DNA of 64,000 nucleotides, taken from contig CAVUSO010000001.1 of the NCBI GenBank assembly GCA_963744145.1, positions 4,832,001 to 4,896,000 of the forward strand, read 5' to 3'. The notes below the pieces were generated by a model that was given only the letters and a program-made list of their open reading frames with translations, made no database searches and was not told where the DNA came from. A program made the translations under genes and the position numbers. Below, in pieces: positions 20,278 to 29,595 of this stretch. This DNA is from an uncultured cyanobacterium (GTDB lineage: Bacteria > Cyanobacteriota > Cyanobacteriia > Cyanobacteriales > CAWUOF01). The first letter of the stretch is position 1. Each line of letters opens with the position of its first letter.

Positions 20278-20444
20278 TACTCGTCAAATACTCCTACCAA
20301 ATTATCATCCAGTTCTGCTGATATTCCGTCATGATCAATGACAATGGGATCAGTAGCACAACTCCCATAGGTTCTCTCCAAGAACCCCGGTTCCCAGCCT
20401 AATTCCTCTGGTGTTTTCTTCCCTGTTGTAACCTTCTTAAACGT
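20278..20444 (-). pseudogene. Cognate antitoxin, C-terminal fragment cut by a MITE
   Basis: TFKKV...KTPEELGWEPGFLERTYGSCATDP...FDE* directly upstream of vapC. Confidence 0.65.
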
Positions 20445-20604
20445 TACAGCCTATTCCAGATTTATGAAGTTCATCAAGGTGATCTGTGGGGCAGGGCGGG
20501 TTCGTTAATACCTCGACTACGCTCGGCACAAGGGTTATTTGTGTGTGGCAAATTCATCGGTGAACCCGCCCCTACAGAGATTCACCAAAAAATCTGACAT
20601 TCAA

Positions 20605-22848
20605 CCCACATTCCGCACCCTGAACTGTCACAATTCGTAATTACTGAAATAAACCTCTATCAAAGCTGAAATTTTGGCCCACTATCGTCAAAAAAGAGGT
20701 TTTTAAACCTTGATGGTCAGGTCATCAATCTCTAGTTTATTAATAATTATTAGCAATAAGTAGAAAATGAGGATTTCGGCCCGTTTTTTCAATAAATTTT
20801 GGTGTTGACTAGCTCTCTTAACTCAGTTTTGTTAGTTAATAACTGAACAATCTCTAGTTAAGATAGGTTAATTCTTAGCTCTTAATTAAATTCAAGAACT
20901 CATTCAAGCTAAATATATTTATGCTATATTAGCAAGAGGATTAAGTGATAAATTTATAGTAGCGCCGACAATCTTCTGGTAGCAGGGTCAGGATAAATTC
21001 ACGTTCATTACTCCAATTAGATACTTGTTGTTGTTGTTGAAATGTGACCAGGTGAATTGCTTGAAAGCATTGAAATATCCATTTAGCTGTTGGACGGTCT
21101 GTTGCTTTCCCTAACTGATTTTTTATGGTTGATTTTGCTGCTGATAAAGCGGCTCGTATTTGTCTTTGTGCTAGGGTATAAACCAGTAAACCTAGCCCCA
21201 TAATTGCTGCTAATGATTCGATGCGTTCGGGACTTTTCAGATAAACACTATCTGCAAAAAATGTGGGATCTTTAAGAAAACCAAATCCTCTTTCACAGGA
21301 TTGCTGTGCCTTATACTCAGTCAGCATTGCCTCATTACTAATTTCGCTTTCTGCTAAAACGTTCGTCGCAATTATGAATCTACCTGCACTGTTAGTTTCT
21401 TGTTCAATTTGGCTTTTATCCTCGGTAAAACTGCCGAGAATTTGATAACACTTTTTTTGACTTTTATCTAATTTATCTGGTCTGATTTCCCTTACTTCTT
21501 TTGGTTCAATTTGATGATATTTAAAGGATTTCGATAGGTGAGTTAATGCCTTGACTGCATCAGCTTTACAGGCAAATCTATCTTGGGATAATTTTCCTAA
21601 TTCGCTGTTCAGTTTGGTGGCGGATTTACTAATTTTCTGTGATAATTTCCGTAAATCTGATTCTCTTCTTTCTTGACTTTCCACAACTAGCCATCTTTGC
21701 TTTATCCCACCATAAGTCTGCTCTTTTGCCGCCCATGAATATCCAACTAATTTGCTTTTAGTAAATTCTGAATCTGGCAAATTTGCTACTAATTCTTGGG
21801 CTAATTTTATCTTTAACGGTACTCGGCTTAACCACTTAATTTCCGACATTAATTTGAGATTATCTTCTGTATATAAGGCACAATCAGCTACGATTAAACT
21901 ATCTACTTTTATTTGATTTTTATAATCAATTGCTATCTTCGCAAAGCATGATGAGTCGGCTTGATTTCCTGACGCTGCTTTTAAAAATATTGGGATATCT
22001 CCATCCCCGGTACATACTAATTCTATTAAAAATTGTTTTAAATCAGGTCTATGGTCACGGGAATAACCGTAATTTATTTTGATTGGTTGTCGCGATTTTA
22101 TTTGGGGCTCTCCTTGGTATGACAATTCTGGCTGACTAAATATTATCTCTGGTAATTCTTGATGATATTCCCCATGTACGTGAATTGACGATGAGTCTAG
22201 ATGGGATGTATTTAAAGATATATCAAACTTTTTAACTGCATTTAAAGTAATTGCTAAAAATATTGTATCCAGTCCTTTACTATATAGTTTATCCATCACT
22301 CTTCCCAGTTTATCGTCATTTAAATATTCGGGCTTTACCCCGGCTCCTATTAAATGTTCACAGGGAATTGATTCAAAAAATTTCGGAAACATATATAATG
22401 GTTTAGAAATAAATCCTAACCCATTGATAATCATTGCTTTAACTGCTTGTCCAGCAGTAACTTTTTCTCCCGATTCTATCCCGATTAAATTATTAATTAT
22501 TTCTACTATTCCAATCGTATCTACTATTCCTGCTACTAACCCCAGATGGTCGATATTCTGAATTTTAATATCGTTTATGTCTACCATAGTTACCCAATTT
22601 AACGAGCCAATTTTTGGTTCAATTATCGCATTTTTAGGCTCGATTGCAATTAATTTTTTTACTCTTTCATTTTCCGGACTTCTGCTACGGTTAATCTCTC
22701 AATAACCCAGGACCTCTTTCTGCTCATAAATCTAGTTTAATAAAATTTATTCTCATTAATCTCATTTATGATCTTTTTGAGCCAACTTTCTTCGTCCCCA
22801 ATTTTTACCCTTTTATTAAGATGTGCCAGTGAGGGTGCGGAATGTGGG
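20605..22848 (-). mobile_element. Complete IS1634-family insertion sequence
   Basis: 17-bp perfect TIR CCCACATTCCGCACCCT / AGGGTGCGGAATGTGGG; 5-bp direct repeat TTCAA at 20600-20604 and 22849-22853. Confidence 0.92.
20941..22587 (-). CDS. IS1634-family DDE transposase
   Basis: DHLGLVAG, LNDDKLGR, HLDSSS, GYSRDHRPDLKQ, VADCALY, YKAQQSCERGFGFLKDP. Confidence 0.95.
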   Translation of the reverse strand: MVDINDIKIQNIDHLGLVAGIVDTIGIVEIINNLIGIESGEKVTAGQAVKAMIINGLGFISKPLYMFPKFFESIPCEHLIGAGVKPEYLNDDKLGRVMDKLYSKGLDTIFLAITLNAVKKFDISLNTSHLDSSSIHVHGEYHQELPEIIFSQPELSYQGEPQIKSRQPIKINYGYSRDHRPDLKQFLIELVCTGDGDIPIFLKAASGNQADSSCFAKIAIDYKNQIKVDSLIVADCALYTEDNLKLMSEIKWLSRVPLKIKLAQELVANLPDSEFTKSKLVGYSWAAKEQTYGGIKQRWLVVESQERRESDLRKLSQKISKSATKLNSELGKLSQDRFACKADAVKALTHLSKSFKYHQIEPKEVREIRPDKLDKSQKKCYQILGSFTEDKSQIEQETNSAGRFIIATNVLAESEISNEAMLTEYKAQQSCERGFGFLKDPTFFADSVYLKSPERIESLAAIMGLGLLVYTLAQRQIRAALSAAKSTIKNQLGKATDRPTAKWIFQCFQAIHLVTFQQQQQVSNWSNEREFILTLLPEDCRRYYKFIT

Positions 22849-23096
22849 TTCAAGATCAAATTAGCTCATAAAAATGTCTGGTCGATGAATTGATGATCAC
22901 AATCAACCAGGATTTGTAGGGGCAGGTTCACCAATCAATTCTGCTCCAAACAGATAACTATCATAAACCTGCCCAACCAACACAGATCACTCACAATCTC
23001 GGACAGGCAAGATGCCTGTCCCACCATTCATGCCAAATCTTACTGTACTGCATCAACCTAGAATCCGCTGTATTGTTACTCGATTTTCTCTTACCT

Positions 23097-23292
23097 CTTC
23101 GGCACAAAGCCCATCTGGTTAATTTTTTCATTTAATGCCCGCTTTTTTTTGGGAGGCGATTGCACGAACCAATAATCAATCAACACAACTCCCTGTATTT
23201 CCCTGTATTTCCCTGTAGGGGCGAAGCATTCGGGCGAAAAATTATCGCTGACAACGAATAATATTATACCCGAATGCTTCGCCCTTCTTCGC
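23097..23292. repeat. ~190-bp dispersed repeat with GTAG-REP stem-loop (copy B)
   Basis: Direct repeat of 18546-18731 with an extra CCCTGTATTT duplication. Confidence 0.9.
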
Positions 23293-23340
23293 CCGTATCT
23301 CCCAAAAAAAATCTTAATTGATCCGGATTGAATTATCACC

Positions 23341-23520
23341 CAACGCGATCGCCCGAATTATGTTCAATCAACGCGATCGCCCGAATTATGTTCAATCAAC
23401 GCGATCGCCCGAATTATCCTCAATTAACGCGATCGTACTAATTATCCTCAATCAACGCGATCACCCGAATTATGTTCAATTAACACGATCGCCCGAATTA
23501 TGTTCAATCAACGCGATCGC
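23341..23520. repeat. Tandem array of ~6.4 x 28-bp units built on HIP1
   Basis: Unit CAACGCGATCGCCCGAATTATGTTCAAT, head-to-tail with no spacers. Confidence 0.92.
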
Positions 23521-23766
23521 ATCAATCAAATAAACAAAACCAAAATAAAGAGATTATGGCTAATTGCTATGATCCAAAAGTAGCAGCTCAATTTTTTAGT
23601 GATTAAAAACCCTTTTATTTAACCTGGCGAGGAGATGATTAACCGATTATTTCCTTGGTGGACTCTTTTCTCCCATTGCCAGGTATAGAATTTGGAAAAA
23701 GCCTATGATTTCGTAAAAAAAGTCCTCAAAAAAATAGCTTGACAAACTGCCTGAAGTTGTTATATG

Positions 23767-25947
23767 TTACAGGTTACAGGTCTTTGCACGAGAGAAGAGG
23801 TCACCAACAAATCCCTTACTCTTTACCCAAATTCCAAACACTCTTCCACCACCCTCGTCCCTTATCAAAACACCTCCCGAGTACGTGCCGCCGTATGCGG
23901 AGTAATGGGTCATGGCATCACAGGGTAGATATCCCTTTTGTTCTGTTTGTCTATCGAATGTCAAATCTTTTTCGTACAACCATTTTCCTTCGCTCCTCCA
24001 ACCTATTTTATCACAATATTTTTCATAAGTATAATAATCTGCATTTGGTGTTCCACCTAATTCTTCCCATATTCGTTTTTGGACACTAAACCCAAAATGG
24101 TTATCAGAGTATATTAACCATAAATCATCTATAGTGCGAAGGTCTGTACAAGGAAATTCCAGCCAATCACTCCCATTGAGATAGCATTGTTCTTCCAAAT
24201 TAGCAGCCTGAAGAACAAGAAGACGAGTAGTTTTATCAGCTTCATGCCATTTTTCTTCGGCTAAAAGCTCACGTAAAGGAGTATAATCTACATCTACTTC
24301 ACTAAACTCATCACCCACTAATCTTTCTGTGTAACAAATTTTAAATTTTCGGGCATAACGAGCATACTCTCCCCCTAATTTCTGGAGAATAGAAGGTGCT
24401 ATTTCCGCAAAAGGACGTGAATGTCCATAAAATTCACCCTTCGACCCTGGTTTTTCATATCTTAGATAACCAATAAATTCATCCAGGGTCTGACTCTCTT
24501 TTCCAGTTATATATTGGGAAACAATCACAAACACATTAGCTGATTCTGTTCTCCGGGAAGATGCTAATAATTCATCTCGTACTCCCTCAACAAAATCATA
24601 TTCAATGCGATCCGGATTAGTATCTACATTAATCTCAAATGCCAGTTTCAGTAGTCCACCTAGAAACACCTCAGCGACATGAACCTGTCTAGATTTAGGT
24701 AACTTTTTCGCTTGGATAATCCTCACTACTGGCATAGTAATAATTGGAGCTGCTGCGAGCAAACATACCAATTTCCATGCAAGGGGAGACGCAGAATTAT
24801 AAAAACGTCTAACTTTCTGTGCTGGAGAGAGATCATCATTTAAACTTGGCTCATCTTCATCGGGTTCAAACAACTCTGGCTCAAACACAAAACCAGGTGC
24901 CCACACTCTCCCATGACCAGCAACTAACCGAGACCAAACTGTCACCATTTCTGGTTCTAAGGTGACGATCGGTACTTTAACCCCCGTATCCAAATCAATC
25001 TCATCCCAAGCTGACAAAGGTTTTGTTTTGAGACTATGACTAGGAAGTCCAGGAAATAATGCCTGAAATCGTACTGGTGCAGCTAGATCCAGAGCTGTTC
25101 TTGACCAGAGCCATTCGGGGAACATTTGGATAATCGCGATCGAACTATGTTCAGACCACTGTGAAAGAGCTGATAGTACCGTACCATTGTGCCAGTGATC
25201 AGCTATACAATCGGTCGCAATTAAAACTAACCTACGCCCTTGGGGATCAAATAGTTCATTAGGTTTATAAGTCAATTGATTATGGGTAGTTTTTCCCATT
25301 CCTGGACTAAGATAAACCTGTTGATTTGCAATATTTATCCTCCAAATCCGCACATCCCGGAAAATTCCGTATCGTTCTAGCAATATTTTTAGTTCCTGAA
25401 TTGTCTTGTGCCACAGCAACATTGATTTACTTTGATCTACAACTAAAGCTACTTCTAACCAAGGTTCCATCTCTGGTTGTAAAACTGGTATCCAAAGTTG
25501 AGTTTGGGCAATCTGTTCAATTGTCGCTGTTACATCCAGCACCATATTGACACCTGGTACTTGATGAAACAGATAACGAAGGGCACGAGCTAAAGGTAAA
25601 GGTTCTGGTAATGAGCGAGCATCTTTCAGCTTAATCCCTAAATTTCCACTCCCACCAGCTGATTTATGCTCGATCGGTTGAGCATAAATTTCAATTTTTT
25701 CTTGAGGTTGATGCGAACCTGAAGGATGACCATGACGAACGAGCGGATCAGTTGGGGAAAGAGAAGTTTCAGCATCAGGTAGTGGTAACTGCTGAGATGA
25801 TTCTTTAATTACAGGAGGAGCATATACTACTGAGCTATATTGCTGTACTTGCAACGCGAGCCAAATTGTATCGGCAATTTCTTCTGGTCTTAGTCCGATG
25901 GTGCCGAGATTTTCAATCAATTTTTTTGAGCGATCGCGCATAATCAT
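23767..25947 (-). CDS. vWA-like (SAV_2336 N-terminal type) protein with C-terminal GUN4 domain
   Basis: EEIADTIWLA, LARALR, LDVTAT, LVVDQSKSMLLW, RLVLIATDC, VHVAEVFLGGLL, YDFVEGVRDELL; GUN4 motifs DYTPLRELLA..KWHEAD..T, FPCTDLRTIDDLW...S..HFGFSVQKRIW, GYLP. Confidence 0.88.
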   Translation of the reverse strand: MIMRDRSKKLIENLGTIGLRPEEIADTIWLALQVQQYSSVVYAPPVIKESSQQLPLPDAETSLSPTDPLVRHGHPSGSHQPQEKIEIYAQPIEHKSAGGSGNLGIKLKDARSLPEPLPLARALRYLFHQVPGVNMVLDVTATIEQIAQTQLWIPVLQPEMEPWLEVALVVDQSKSMLLWHKTIQELKILLERYGIFRDVRIWRINIANQQVYLSPGMGKTTHNQLTYKPNELFDPQGRRLVLIATDCIADHWHNGTVLSALSQWSEHSSIAIIQMFPEWLWSRTALDLAAPVRFQALFPGLPSHSLKTKPLSAWDEIDLDTGVKVPIVTLEPEMVTVWSRLVAGHGRVWAPGFVFEPELFEPDEDEPSLNDDLSPAQKVRRFYNSASPLAWKLVCLLAAAPIITMPVVRIIQAKKLPKSRQVHVAEVFLGGLLKLAFEINVDTNPDRIEYDFVEGVRDELLASSRRTESANVFVIVSQYITGKESQTLDEFIGYLRYEKPGSKGEFYGHSRPFAEIAPSILQKLGGEYARYARKFKICYTERLVGDEFSEVDVDYTPLRELLAEEKWHEADKTTRLLVLQAANLEEQCYLNGSDWLEFPCTDLRTIDDLWLIYSDNHFGFSVQKRIWEELGGTPNADYYTYEKYCDKIGWRSEGKWLYEKDLTFDRQTEQKGYLPCDAMTHYSAYGGTYSGGVLIRDEGGGRVFGIWVKSKGFVGDLFSRAKTCNL

Positions 25948-25952
25948 TCCGG

Positions 25953-27044
25953 TTATTCGAGAGATTGGAGTAACTGGTCTAGCAAAGTCTTTTTATCAGT
26001 CTCCGCGATCGCAAATTGACGAGCAAGTAAATAAACTACATTAAGTAATTGGTCAGTAGCTACTTTACCAGTTTCTCTGCGTGCAATAAACTCATTAACC
26101 AACTCCTGAATCTGATCTTGTTTAGTATCTTGTTCGAGATAAGCATTAACGATCGCAATCAAAGTATCTTTTTCTGGATTTTCTAGAGTAATCCGTAAAC
26201 ATCTTCTTAAAAAAGCTGGGGGGAAATCCCGTTCACCATTACTGGTCAAAATAGTGATCGGAAATTCGTAACAGCGCACTTTCCCATTGGTAATTTTAGC
26301 GGTACTATTATCATGAGTTTGGACTTCCACCACAGATTTTTGCTCAGGATTAGATTGACCATCATTAAATCTAGCGAAGCGAACTAATTCGGGAATTTTA
26401 TACTCACCTTCCTCAAACAAATTAAGTAAATCATTAGGTAGATTAATATCACTCTTATCGATTTCATCAATTAATAAAACTCGTGGTTTTTTGAAGGGAA
26501 GAAAAGCCGTACCAAGCGGTCCCAAAGTAAAGTAACGACCAATCGAAATCGGCTCAACTTGCTTTAACTCTCCTTTAAGTAGATTATTATTTTGGAACTG
26601 TTGTGCTTGAGCATCTTGGAGACGAGCGATCGCATCATATTGATACAGCCCGTCTTTTAAGGTAGAGCGGGAATTAATGGGCCAAGATAAGACAGATCCA
26701 AGTTTAAGTTCATACGCGATCGCATAAGCGATCGAAGTTTTTCCAGTACCAGGATTACCTTCAACCAGCAAAGGACGACGTAAATAAATAGCAGCATTAA
26801 CTAGATTTAGAAGTTTTTCACCTTCTTTACCTTCGTCATCTTTAGGTATTTGGAAAGTCTTTCCCCGCTTATCATTATTTTCTAATGTATCTACATCAAC
26901 ACATTCTTTTTCGAGATTCTCAGTTTGCTCAAAATTTCGCCATGTCGGAGGAGGAGGGAGTCTGGTAATCCCATCATGGGGGTCAGAATTGCCCCTAAAA
27001 ATCTTCCAATCTTCATCAGGTTTTTGCTCTTGATTACTACTCAT
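25953..27044 (-). CDS. MoxR-family AAA+ ATPase of a ternary conflict system
   Basis: LPPPPTWR, NAAIYLRRPLLVEGNPGTGKTS, VLLIDEIDKSD, TSNGERDFPPAFLRRC, ATDQLLN. Confidence 0.93.
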   Translation of the reverse strand: MSSNQEQKPDEDWKIFRGNSDPHDGITRLPPPPTWRNFEQTENLEKECVDVDTLENNDKRGKTFQIPKDDEGKEGEKLLNLVNAAIYLRRPLLVEGNPGTGKTSIAYAIAYELKLGSVLSWPINSRSTLKDGLYQYDAIARLQDAQAQQFQNNNLLKGELKQVEPISIGRYFTLGPLGTAFLPFKKPRVLLIDEIDKSDINLPNDLLNLFEEGEYKIPELVRFARFNDGQSNPEQKSVVEVQTHDNSTAKITNGKVRCYEFPITILTSNGERDFPPAFLRRCLRITLENPEKDTLIAIVNAYLEQDTKQDQIQELVNEFIARRETGKVATDQLLNVVYLLARQFAIAETDKKTLLDQLLQSLE

Positions 27045-27053
27045 AGGTCACTC

Positions 27054-27950
27054 CTAAGATAATGTGGGAAACTTCCACTTTGGATTTTGGACAGTAGACG
27101 GTAAAAAACAATTAGCATCATCCCATAGCAATACCAAATGATATCCTAAATCTTCTCGTAGTCTATTCTCCCTATGTGCTTGTTTACGCCTAGTAAAGAC
27201 ACGATTTGGAAGATCAATTACACGACCAGCACAAACTAATTTTTCCTGTATTTCAACGCAATGATTTACCTCTGAACTATCGTACCTAGTCCAAATCACT
27301 ATAGGTATACCATCATCCTCTATAATCGACTTAAGAAATTTATCCCTTTGAAAAGGTTTTTCTAAGACTACTCCTAGCTTATTTTCTAGATAAATCGGTT
27401 GAGAGATAATAGGAAAATCATCAGATGTCGGTGAATCTTGGTATCTTTTTATTACTAAATTCCAATTTACTTTCCAGGGTTTATCTTGAACCAATTTTTT
27501 GACTATAGCGTTTTTCTTATCCTTTCTCTTTTCCCTTTCTGTGATGATAAATCTACCTAAATAATGTAATAAAACATTGAACTTTGCTCCAATAGGGTAA
27601 ATTTTGGTTTGATACAAATCAAAAAAATCCCATTTATCAATATCAAAATCCTTAGAATATAACAGATGTTCTGGTATAAAAAAATCAATCGTTATATTAT
27701 TTAAGCTTTTTTCTGTATTCAAGATCCATTGTGATTCATTTAAAAAAAGGTTTATGGCAACTTTCAATTCTGGCAATGATAAAGATAAATTCGCAATATG
27801 GGTACGTTTATCATAATATTCTATATCTTTAATTTTCGCTAAGATTTTTGGTGATATATGTGATATATATTCTGAAGTCTCATCTTCCCAATCTGCAAAT
27901 AAAATACTAGATCCGAATGCTTCGCCCTTTTCTACGCCGAGATCCCTCAA
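27054..27950 (-). CDS. vWA-MoxR-associated protein (VMAP) C-terminal domain; probably 5'-truncated
   Basis: IDFFIPEHLL, GIPIVIWTR, LPNRV..RR, HLVLLWDD motifs; the first ~13 codons overlap a REP half-arm. Confidence 0.75.
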   Translation of the reverse strand: MRDLGVEKGEAFGSSILFADWEDETSEYISHISPKILAKIKDIEYYDKRTHIANLSLSLPELKVAINLFLNESQWILNTEKSLNNITIDFFIPEHLLYSKDFDIDKWDFFDLYQTKIYPIGAKFNVLLHYLGRFIITEREKRKDKKNAIVKKLVQDKPWKVNWNLVIKRYQDSPTSDDFPIISQPIYLENKLGVVLEKPFQRDKFLKSIIEDDGIPIVIWTRYDSSEVNHCVEIQEKLVCAGRVIDLPNRVFTRRKQAHRENRLREDLGYHLVLLWDDANCFLPSTVQNPKWKFPTLS

Positions 27951-28009
27951 AACATTCTTAACTGAATCTTATTGTGCTATAGTCGATCGCTTTGATGCGT
28001 AAATGGCCG

Positions 28010-28080
28010 AGGGCAAAGCATTTCGGTCATGATTCTCTGGTTTTAGGCAATTCTGATCTGCCGAAATGCTTTGCCCCTAC
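28010..28080. repeat. GTAG-REP stem-loop, inverted copy of 19822-19893
   Basis: AGGGCAAAGCATTTCGG...CCGAAATGCTTTGCCCCTAC. Confidence 0.85.
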
Positions 28081-28194
28081 AAATCTGGACAAAATTCTGT
28101 TTTGGTTTATTTTTAGTTCGCTATATTTAATGTATCTTTATTGGTAGTAGTGTCGATCGCGAACCCTCCGATCCTAAGAGCTAGCGATTTAATT

Positions 28195-29595
28195 TTACTG
28201 TTTTCTTTCCCGCTTATCTACGCCCATTTGTTCAACTCTTGCAGCTAAATCAATTCCAACTACTACGGTAATATCTGACCAAATATCTCCGGTTGATTCT
28301 ACTTTTATTTGACCAATTCCGAGCTCATCTTTCAGAGCTTGTGCTACTTGCTGATTACCATTTTGAACAATTATTTGACTTTCGGATAAAGGCATTTTGG
28401 CTGAATCAACTTCGTGGTCGCTAATATAAGCATTTTCAAAACCTTGATTTTGAAAAAATACTAAAGTCTTTATTCCTGACTCTTCTCGACCAGTAGCATT
28501 TAAAATCGCGATTTTTGTTGACTTGAGAGCAGCAGCATAATCTGTCTTTTCATTGACTTTTTTATCTTCAGCAATTTGGGTGTGAAAATCAAAATATTGC
28601 TCTAAAATTGGACTAGCTTTTTCCGGATCTTCAATCCAATAACTCAGGGGATATTCATGGGGACGACTAAACCGACCCGGCAGCATGACCATATTCATTT
28701 TTTCTTTACCACTACTAACTAAAAACTGTCCGATCGCTAACATTTCGCTAATTTCTAAATTAGTATCAATATTATTTTTTGCTACTTGCAATATTTCCGG
28801 TAGTTTCACAATCGTTCTGGGTTGTAATACTGACTGTAATAATGCTTTTAAAACTTGTTGCTGACGCTGAACTCTACCAATATCTCCTAATTCATCATGA
28901 CGAAAGCGCACATATTCTTGTAAATGCTGACCATTAAGTCTTTGTTCCCCAGCTTTAAAGCTAATTTTTAGTTTTTGGGAGTGATCTTCATAGTGCATAT
29001 CCTTGGGAATATTAATTTCCACGCCCCCTAAAGAATCGACGATCCGAGCAAATGCTTCAGTATCAATTCTGACGTAACGGTGAATGGGAATATTTGACAA
29101 CGCATTACTAACGATTTTTACAGCTAGTTGCGCTCCACCTACGACGTTAGCATCGTTAATTTTATCAATTCCAACACCTGCAATTTGCACCAGTGTATCC
29201 CTGGGGATCGATAAAATATTAATTTGGTGTGTAGCTGGAATTAAGCGCACCAATAACATGGTATCACTATTACCTGCTAGTCCTTCTGCCACAGTATATT
29301 TATCTACATCATCATGTCCAGAGTTATCAATTCCTAAAAGTAAAATATTGACTGGTTGCCCTAATGTGGCGGGTATAATTGAACTTAAGCTTTCAGATAT
29401 CTGTGGTGTTTGTACTGTTTTTTTATCGATTTTGAGCGGAGTTGCTGCTAGTAATAAAGCAGACAGAGCCCCAAAAGCACAGGAAACTCCAGCCACACCT
29501 ACTAAAAATAGCTTAGGCCAAATTTTTTTCATGCCACCGACCAATTGATTTTGATTCATATTGCGATGGTTTTGACCCATTGATTTTTTGTTCAT
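28195..29595 (-). CDS. LCP (LytR-CpsA-Psr) family protein with C-terminal LytR_C domain
   Basis: NILLLGID, SDTMLL, LSIPRDT, VRFRHDELGDIGRVQRQQ, ILNATG, DITVVVG. Confidence 0.93.
   Translation of the reverse strand: MNKKSMGQNHRNMNQNQLVGGMKKIWPKLFLVGVAGVSCAFGALSALLLAATPLKIDKKTVQTPQISESLSSIIPATLGQPVNILLLGIDNSGHDDVDKYTVAEGLAGNSDTMLLVRLIPATHQINILSIPRDTLVQIAGVGIDKINDANVVGGAQLAVKIVSNALSNIPIHRYVRIDTEAFARIVDSLGGVEINIPKDMHYEDHSQKLKISFKAGEQRLNGQHLQEYVRFRHDELGDIGRVQRQQQVLKALLQSVLQPRTIVKLPEILQVAKNNIDTNLEISEMLAIGQFLVSSGKEKMNMVMLPGRFSRPHEYPLSYWIEDPEKASPILEQYFDFHTQIAEDKKVNEKTDYAAALKSTKIAILNATGREESGIKTLVFFQNQGFENAYISDHEVDSAKMPLSESQIIVQNGNQQVAQALKDELGIGQIKVESTGDIWSDITVVVGIDLAARVEQMGVDKRERKQ

Larger units (their letters stand above)
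20445..23072. mobile_element. TA-flanked MITE with REP doublet (copy 3), interrupted by IS1634
   Basis: TA-CAGCCTATTCCAGATTTATGAAGT ... ACTGCATCAACCTAGAATCCGCTG-TA; the two halves rejoin into a homologue of 2674-3048. Confidence 0.8.

Noticed and set aside
23341..23520. CRISPR array
   Set aside because: Units are contiguous with no unique spacers, and there are no cas genes nearby
23318..23533. 71-aa ORF
   Set aside because: Merely the translation of the 28-bp tandem repeat
23500..28200. Complete DGR at the ternary system
   Set aside because: No reverse transcriptase, Avd or template repeat matching the GUN4 3' end in this window
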